NCBI GenBank assembly: GCA_964413015.1
Contig: CAYPQZ010000009.1
Span: forward strand, 1 to 51,861
Reading direction: 5' to 3'
From: an uncultured Candidatus Saccharibacteria bacterium
GTDB taxonomy: Bacteria; Patescibacteriota; Minisyncoccia; Portnoybacterales; UBA2143
DNA: 51,861 nucleotides
This document shows, one piece after another, positions 46,261 through 51,861 of this stretch. Below the pieces are notes generated by a model, which did no database searches, was not told the origin of the DNA, and saw only the letters and a program-made list of their open reading frames with translations. The position numbers and the translations under genes are program-made. Within the stretch, counting starts at the first letter, position 1, and each line of letters starts with the position of its first letter.

Positions 46261-47153
46261 ATGACTTTGTGCGCCCAAATTTGGATAATTTTTCTTTTGT
46301 TACCATAAGTATAATGGTGAATGACCGGTCTTTTTTTTTCGGAACGATGACTAATCGCTCTGTCTCCACCCAAATAAAAACCAAGGTGTAAATGATTTTC
46401 TTTTTCTTCCCAAACCAAGACATTACCCGGTTTTAATTTTTTAGTTGTCCGCCAACCGTTGCCAATCATATTCCTTAGAGTCCCGTCAACTGTGGCATGT
46501 GGAGAAATATACGGAGAAATTAAATTAAAAATTTTCAAAATAGAACTTACGTAATAAGCGCAGGAATACTCGCCATTTTTAAGGATATCTTTTTCCTTAC
46601 TATTTTCTTTAATATAGATATGACGAAACATCTGACTGCCCTGACTGGCTTGAATCATCGCCAGATAATTTTGATAAATTAAGACGTTTAGTTTTGACCG
46701 TTTAATTTCTTTCCCTTGATATCTTTCGATTAATTGCGAGCTTGACTGGATTTTGCCGCCCCAGCCAACGTTAAAAACCACTCGACAGCCAATTTTCTGA
46801 CAAACGGCAACTTCAGGAACGTTTTTTCTCACCCTATCTCCGCCATTGGCGAAAATGTCCGGCTTGAGTTCTTCTAATTCCCGACAAACGCTTATATCTT
46901 TGGTATTTTTCTGATGCCGGCTGATAATAACTTCGTCTACGTTGGATAAGGATTCAATAATTTCTTTTCGCTGTTTTTCCGGCATAAAGCCGCGGCCTCT
47001 TTTTAATTTCAACCAATTGTCATTATTAAGAATCACGACTAACTTATCGCCTAATTTCTTAGCCGCTTTGAATAAACGGACATGGCCTATATGAAGCGGG
47101 TCAAAAGGCCCGCTCACCGCCACCACTACTTTTTTTTTCTTTTTACCGGCCAT
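46245..47153 (-). CDS. HxGH cytidylyl/adenylyltransferase fused to a putative papain-like (NlpC/P60-type) Cys-His domain
   Basis: N-domain SGPFDPLHIGH, FANGGDR, KIQSSS; C-domain SCAYYVSSIL...PGNVLVWE...HLHLGFYLG..AISH. Confidence 0.75.
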   Translation of the reverse strand: MAGKKKKKVVVAVSGPFDPLHIGHVRLFKAAKKLGDKLVVILNNDNWLKLKRGRGFMPEKQRKEIIESLSNVDEVIISRHQKNTKDISVCRELEELKPDIFANGGDRVRKNVPEVAVCQKIGCRVVFNVGWGGKIQSSSQLIERYQGKEIKRSKLNVLIYQNYLAMIQASQGSQMFRHIYIKENSKEKDILKNGEYSCAYYVSSILKIFNLISPYISPHATVDGTLRNMIGNGWRTTKKLKPGNVLVWEEKENHLHLGFYLGGDRAISHRSEKKRPVIHHYTYGNKRKIIQIWAHKVIKAVP

Positions 47154-47217
47154 ATTTATTAAAGTCGGCTATGCGATAGCCGACCGTAGCATAGCCGACC
47201 GTTAGCGGCCATATTTA
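47147..47217. repeat. 47-bp palindromic/tandem insert flanked by a 12-bp direct repeat
   Basis: CGGCCATATTTA at 47147-47158 and 47206-47217 flanks GTCGGCTAT-gcg-ATAGCCGAC and a second ATAGCCGACCGT. Confidence 0.65.
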
Positions 47218-47259
47218 AGATAACAGCATTTCTTGAACTTCAATAACCTGCCGCGGGAG

Positions 47260-47778
47260 TTATTTGAATCTTTGCCATTCGGTTCTCTTACCTTTTCGCT
47301 TATTTTCAACCATCACCAATTCATCATAAATTCCGTCAAGAAGCTGGTAATTTTTTGCTTCTTCTAAATTAACCCAGGCGAATTGATCATTTTCTTCCAC
47401 TCGAAGTTTAATTTCTCCTGAAATATAATCTGCCATACAGGAAATGACCAATGACGGACTGCCATCTTTATGAATCGTTGCCAAACTTGTTATGTATTCA
47501 ATATTATTTATCTCAATTCCAACTTCTTCTTTTATCTCTCTTCGCAATGTTCTTTCAAGAACGTTATACCAATAAAATTCCGTATCTTTCGGCAATTTCA
47601 AATAATCGCTTGTTTCCATTTTCCCGCCCGGCACCGTCCACATTCCCGGGAATCGTTTCTTATTCAGCGATCGCCTCGTAATCAAATATTTAGCTTGTCC
47701 TGAACCTGTTGAAGGGCCATCCTTTACTATGATGGCCGTAATTGCCACCTCGTGAAGATATCGGTTATTCGTGTCCAT
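47260..47778 (-). CDS. NUDIX hydrolase
   Basis: PG.WTVPGGK...L.REIKEEVG Nudix box. Confidence 0.88.
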   Translation of the reverse strand: MDTNNRYLHEVAITAIIVKDGPSTGSGQAKYLITRRSLNKKRFPGMWTVPGGKMETSDYLKLPKDTEFYWYNVLERTLRREIKEEVGIEINNIEYITSLATIHKDGSPSLVISCMADYISGEIKLRVEENDQFAWVNLEEAKNYQLLDGIYDELVMVENKRKGKRTEWQRFK

Positions 47779-47799
47779 ATATATTTATTTTATCAATTC

Positions 47800-50424
47800 T
47801 CATTTCCCATGACACTTTTTATATTTCTTTCCGCTACCGCACGGGCAGGGGTCGTTGCGTCCCGGCTTTTTGTTTTGAGAAGTGTTAGACGCTAAGGGTC
47901 TAACATTCTCACTAGTTGGCGCCAAAGCGACTTTGTAAATCATATTAACTACGGTTGACTGAACAGACGCCAATAATCTTTGGAATAAACGCATCCCCTC
48001 ATTTTTGTACTCAACTAAAGGATCTTTCTGGCCGTAAGCCCGCAAACGGACGCTGTCCCGCAAATGGTCCATATTGTCCAGATGGTCCATCCAAAGAGTG
48101 TCCATACTGCGCAAAAAAACGTGCTTTTCCACCTGGCGCATATTCTTTTTTCCTATTTCTTCTTCTTTCTTTTGATAGGCCTGTTTAGCTAATTTAATCA
48201 AATGTTCTTCTATTTTTTCTGGAGTTTTTAAATCTTTTAACACTTGCTCGTTCAAAGGTTCGACCTTTCGAGCGTGACCTTCCGCCTCCGGCGTAATGTC
48301 ACTACTCTCAATGTCAAACCTTTTATCAGCCGGGAAAATGCTTTTGGCTATTTGAACGATTTCTTTATAATTCCAGTTGTCTATTTGGCCTTGAGTGTGA
48401 AATTTTACAAATTTATGAATTTCATCCTTAATCATATCCATAATTTCCGGCTTAACATTTTTCTTTTTCAAAATTTTTCTTCTCCGGCTGTAAATCGCCT
48501 CCCGCTGTTTGTTAAAAACATCGTCATATTCCAAAACATGTTTCCGGGCATCAAAATGATAACCTTCAATTTTAGCCTGAGCGGATTCAATAGCCCTGGA
48601 AATAAGTTTGTTTTCAATCGGCTGGTCTTCCGGAACCTTCAGCATTTCCATCATTGATTTAATCCGGTCCCCGCCAAAAATTCTCATTAAATCATCTTCC
48701 AGAGAAACAAAGAATTGGCTGGAACCGGGATCTCCTTGCCGGCCGGCCCGTCCACGCAGCTGATCATCTATCCTTCTGGCTTCATGACGCTCGGTGCCAA
48801 TAACGTGAAGGCCCCCCAATTTAACTACCTCATCATGCCCTAGTTTGTTTTCTACTTCTTCTAAACGGCCACCCAGAATAATATCTACGCCTCGGCCAGC
48901 CATGTTAGTAGCCACCGTGACAGCGCCTTTTTTGCCCGCCTGGGAAATAATTCTTGCCTCTTGCTCATGGTTTTTAGCATTCAACAGTTGGTGGGAAATA
49001 CCCGCTTTTTTTAAATAGGCGGAAAGTTTTTCGTTTTTTTCAATTGAAACGGTTCCTATTAGAACCGGCTGACCCTTTTGATTTCTCTCTTTCACGTCCT
49101 TGACAATTGCCTGAATTTTCCCATTTTCCGTCTTGTAAACACTATCCGAGAAATCTTCCCTAATCATTGGCTGGTTAGTCGGGATAACAGCCACTTCTAA
49201 CTTATAAACCTTATGGAATTCTTCGGCAGAAGTCACGGCAGTACCGGTCATCCCGGAAAGTTTTTCATACATTCGGAAATAGTTCTGGAAGGTTATCGAA
49301 GCCAGAGTCCGGCTTTCCTGCTGGACTTGAACTTTTTCTTTAGCTTCTAAGGCCTGGTGAAGCCCTTCGGAATAACGACGGCCGGGCATCAGCCGTCCGG
49401 TAAAATCGTCAACAATAATCACCTGTCCGTCCTTGACCACATAATTCCTGTCTTTTTTAAATAAAACTTGAGCCCGTAAGGCTTGCTCTAAATGGTGAAC
49501 ATAGCGGATACCTCCTTGCTCGTAAATATTATCCATGCCTAATATCTTTTCAACCTTAGCAATTCCTTCCTCGGTCAAAGTGGCGGTTCGCATTTTCTCG
49601 TCAATATTGTAATCAGCATTTTCTTTTAGCTGAAGTATAATCTGGCTGAATTGTTCATACATTTTAGTGGACTCAGCGTCAGGCATAGAAATGATTAAAG
49701 GTGTCCTGGCTTCGTCTATTAAAATACTGTCCACCTCGTCAACAATGGCAAAATAAGGAGAACGCTGAACCATCATTTCCAATGAAGGGGCCATATTGTC
49801 TCGTAAATAATCAAAGCCGAATTCGTTGTTGGTCCCGTAGGTAATATCTGCCTGATAAGCTTCTTTTCTGGGAATTTCTTTTAAGTTTTCCATTTCTACG
49901 GTAATTTCATTTTTATCAGGAGCCGTTTCCGGTTCAAATAAATAAGCTTTCTCGTGGTTGAGGCAAGCAACCGACAACCCTAACAAATGATAAATCGGCC
50001 CCATCCAATTAACATCTCTTCGGGATAAATAATCATTCACGGTTACTACATGAACGCCTTTGCCAGTTAAGGCGTTCAAATAGACTGCTAAAACTGCCGC
50101 CAGAGTTTTTCCCTCTCCAGTTTTCATTTCAGCTATTTGGCCTTGGTGTAAGATAATACCGCCAATCAGTTGGGAATCAAAATGGCGCTGATCCAGGGTC
50201 CGTTTAGCTGATTCCCGAACCAAAGCGAACGCTTCAACAAGTAAATCATCAGAGGTCTCCTTGTTTTCCAATCTCTTTTTGAACTCGTCCGTCTTAGCTT
50301 TTAATTGCTCATTAGAAAAAGACTCGAACTGCGGCTCGAGCTGATTAATCTTTTCAACCAATAATCTGGCATTCTTCAATTTTTTTTCGTTGGCGTCGCC
50401 CAAGAATCTTTCTAAAAAAGACAT
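47800..50424 (-). CDS. secA: Preprotein translocase ATPase SecA
   Basis: MKTGEGKT, VDEVDSILIDEARTPLIIS, ATNMAGRG, QLRGRAGRQGDPG, SEC-C motif. Confidence 0.98.
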   Translation of the reverse strand: MSFLERFLGDANEKKLKNARLLVEKINQLEPQFESFSNEQLKAKTDEFKKRLENKETSDDLLVEAFALVRESAKRTLDQRHFDSQLIGGIILHQGQIAEMKTGEGKTLAAVLAVYLNALTGKGVHVVTVNDYLSRRDVNWMGPIYHLLGLSVACLNHEKAYLFEPETAPDKNEITVEMENLKEIPRKEAYQADITYGTNNEFGFDYLRDNMAPSLEMMVQRSPYFAIVDEVDSILIDEARTPLIISMPDAESTKMYEQFSQIILQLKENADYNIDEKMRTATLTEEGIAKVEKILGMDNIYEQGGIRYVHHLEQALRAQVLFKKDRNYVVKDGQVIIVDDFTGRLMPGRRYSEGLHQALEAKEKVQVQQESRTLASITFQNYFRMYEKLSGMTGTAVTSAEEFHKVYKLEVAVIPTNQPMIREDFSDSVYKTENGKIQAIVKDVKERNQKGQPVLIGTVSIEKNEKLSAYLKKAGISHQLLNAKNHEQEARIISQAGKKGAVTVATNMAGRGVDIILGGRLEEVENKLGHDEVVKLGGLHVIGTERHEARRIDDQLRGRAGRQGDPGSSQFFVSLEDDLMRIFGGDRIKSMMEMLKVPEDQPIENKLISRAIESAQAKIEGYHFDARKHVLEYDDVFNKQREAIYSRRRKILKKKNVKPEIMDMIKDEIHKFVKFHTQGQIDNWNYKEIVQIAKSIFPADKRFDIESSDITPEAEGHARKVEPLNEQVLKDLKTPEKIEEHLIKLAKQAYQKKEEEIGKKNMRQVEKHVFLRSMDTLWMDHLDNMDHLRDSVRLRAYGQKDPLVEYKNEGMRLFQRLLASVQSTVVNMIYKVALAPTSENVRPLASNTSQNKKPGRNDPCPCGSGKKYKKCHGK

Positions 50425-50428
50425 ATTT

Positions 50429-50839
50429 CTATTTCTTAAGAATTCTGTTTGATTTGGAAGCGCGAAAACGGGCTAAGGGATTAAGCTGCCAGAATTTTTT
50501 CCAAGAGCGAGCGCCTCTGATAAATTTAGTCCCCTGTTTATCTTTGTATTCCCTGATTTTTCTCTGCAGTTCGTCTTTAACTAAATCAATGGCTGCCGAC
50601 AAAGATTCCTCTGTTTCCTCCACTCGGATAAGATATCCGCCAATTCTCAAATTAACCTCGGCTCTAAAAATATCGCCTTGACGCTGGCCACGGGTAATTT
50701 TACCCACTTCTACACGCGTTTCAACTATTTCCGAATCAAACTTTTCAAGAAATTTATCCAGTCCGCCAATTTTTTCATCAACATATTTACTGATACTTGG
50801 CGAAATATCCAGATTGGTTGCTTTAAGAATAATCTTCAT
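50429..50839 (-). CDS. hpf: Ribosome hibernation promoting factor (HPF/RaiA family)
   Basis: MKI......D.S.SI..YV.EKI..L.K, F.AEVN, SL.AAID...D.L.R.IR.YK.K; upstream of secA. Confidence 0.85.
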   Translation of the reverse strand: MKIILKATNLDISPSISKYVDEKIGGLDKFLEKFDSEIVETRVEVGKITRGQRQGDIFRAEVNLRIGGYLIRVEETEESLSAAIDLVKDELQRKIREYKDKQGTKFIRGARSWKKFWQLNPLARFRASKSNRILKK

Positions 50840-50845
50840 AATTAT

Positions 50846-50874
50846 ATTTTAACATTCCTTCTTAATGTAATCAA
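50846..50874 (-). promoter_or_regulatory. Leaderless-type promoter of hpf-secA
   Basis: TTGATT-N17-TAAAAT (extended TG)-N6-ATG(50839). Confidence 0.6.
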
Positions 50875-51677
50875 GGACAGTCCTTGTATCCCCCGCACCC
50901 CAAATACTGAATTTCCTCTTTTAGCTCCAGATTAAATTTTCTCTTTACTTGTCTTTTTATTAAGTTTATCAATTTAATAACATCTTCGGATTTAGCACCG
51001 CCTAGGTTAATAATGAAGTTAGCGTGTTTTTCAGAAACCATGGCTTGGCCAATTTGTTTCCCCTTAAGCCCGGCCTGATTAATTAATTGGCCGGCGAGTT
51101 TACCTTTGGGGTTTTTAAAAATACATCCTGCCGAAGCATATTCCAAGGGCTGGCTGTTTTTTCTCTTTTGAATATATTTCTTAATTAATTCCTCGCTTAT
51201 TTTCTTATCCCCTTTCTTCAGTTTCAAAACCACTGAAAGAATAATACCTTCGGTCTTTTCTATTCCAACAACCGACTCTGAAATACTTTGGCCAAAAGCG
51301 CTAGTCCCAACTTTAACCGCTCCGCCAATTGTCCCCGGAATGCCAATCGCCCATTCTAGACCAGTTAACCCGTTATTAATAGAAAAATTAACCAAATCAC
51401 TTAATCCTACTCCTGCATCAGCATTAATTCTAGTATTTTGTATTTCGTATTTTGTATTTTGAGTCTTTATAATTAATCCCTTGAATCCCTCATCTTTAAC
51501 CAGTAAATTGCTGCCACCCCCTAGAATAAAATAAGGCAGTTTTTTTTTAGCAAAGCCAACTGCCTTAAGAATATCCTTTTTTGTCCTAGCGGCAAAAAAA
51601 TACTTAGCTGGCCCGCCGATTCTAAAAGTCGTCTGCCGAGACAAAGGAATATTTTGCTGAATTTTAATCTCAGACAT
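50871..51677 (-). CDS. murB: UDP-N-acetylmuramate dehydrogenase, internally shortened
   Basis: TTFRIGGPA, LGGGSNLL, GLEWA.GIPGTIGGA, SAGCIFKNP, KHANFIIN. Confidence 0.92.
   Translation of the reverse strand: MSEIKIQQNIPLSRQTTFRIGGPAKYFFAARTKKDILKAVGFAKKKLPYFILGGGSNLLVKDEGFKGLIIKTQNTKYEIQNTRINADAGVGLSDLVNFSINNGLTGLEWAIGIPGTIGGAVKVGTSAFGQSISESVVGIEKTEGIILSVVLKLKKGDKKISEELIKKYIQKRKNSQPLEYASAGCIFKNPKGKLAGQLINQAGLKGKQIGQAMVSEKHANFIINLGGAKSEDVIKLINLIKRQVKRKFNLELKEEIQYLGCGGYKDCP
50872..50886. repeat. Single REP-like core overlapping the murB stop codon
   Basis: CAAGGACAGTCCTTG encodes the C-terminal KDCP*. Confidence 0.7.
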
Positions 51678-51861
51678 CTATTTAAACATAACATCTGCTC
51701 CGGTTTGATAGGCGTCCCTTTCGTGAGGATTGATAATATAGACCATATTCCAGAGATGGCCGCTGATAGTAAATTCTTCAGCAGTCATATTCAGCCAGTG
51801 CTTGGTGCCATCGGCGTTAACCTCGTAAACCCGAGGGTCCCCGTCGGCCCGAATCAGCCAG
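51678..51861 (-). CDS. Partial gene (3' end), hypothetical protein
   Basis: Manual translation ...WLIRADGDPRVYEVNADGTKHWLNMTAEEFTISGHLWNMVYIINPHERDAYQTGADVMFK*, stop abutting the murB ATG. Confidence 0.7.
   Translation of the reverse strand, partial: WLIRADGDPRVYEVNADGTKHWLNMTAEEFTISGHLWNMVYIINPHERDAYQTGADVMFK

Noticed and set aside
1-51861. tRNA, rRNA or tmRNA genes and a recoded TGA
   Set aside because: No cloverleaf or rRNA-like sequence was seen in intergenic regions by eye; rpmJ and secA end at TGA at their expected C-termini

Overview
Bacterial chromosomal segment with almost all genes on the minus strand and the standard genetic code (TGA used as stop). Gene content points to Patescibacteria (CPR), Parcubacteria-like (inference): streamlined AlaRS and ProRS, short L13, two MreB, an FtsA-like gene paired with a baseplate-J-like gene, orphan VirD4/TraG-like ATPases and a TrmB regulator. 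Most genes are housekeeping: tyrS, cysS, tgt, mutM, proS, frr, holB, murA, murB, the infA-rpmJ-rpsM-rpsK-rpsD-rpoA-rplQ-rplM-rpsI cluster, alaS, secD, secF, secA and hpf. Four highlights. (1) An unannotated 44-aa Cys-rich peptide gene (3620-3754) lies directly upstream of a radical SAM/SPASM enzyme, forming a candidate ranthipeptide-like RiPP system with its own promoter, SD sites and hairpins. (2) A dispersed REP/REPIN-like palindrome family (core AAGGACWGTCCTT, about 13 loci) supplies the stop codons and C-termini of five genes and sits in-frame inside a glycosyltransferase; other short palindromic and 7-nt-periodic elements lie inside tgt, secA, a NUDIX gene, rseP and murB. (3) Eight core genes show a leaderless promoter layout (-10 box 5-7 nt before the start codon), whereas accessory genes carry SD sites. 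(4) A cytidylyltransferase is fused to a papain-like Cys-His domain, and MurB has an internal deletion. No rRNA, tRNA, CRISPR array, transposase or integrase was seen. All calls are from manual reading; no searches were run.
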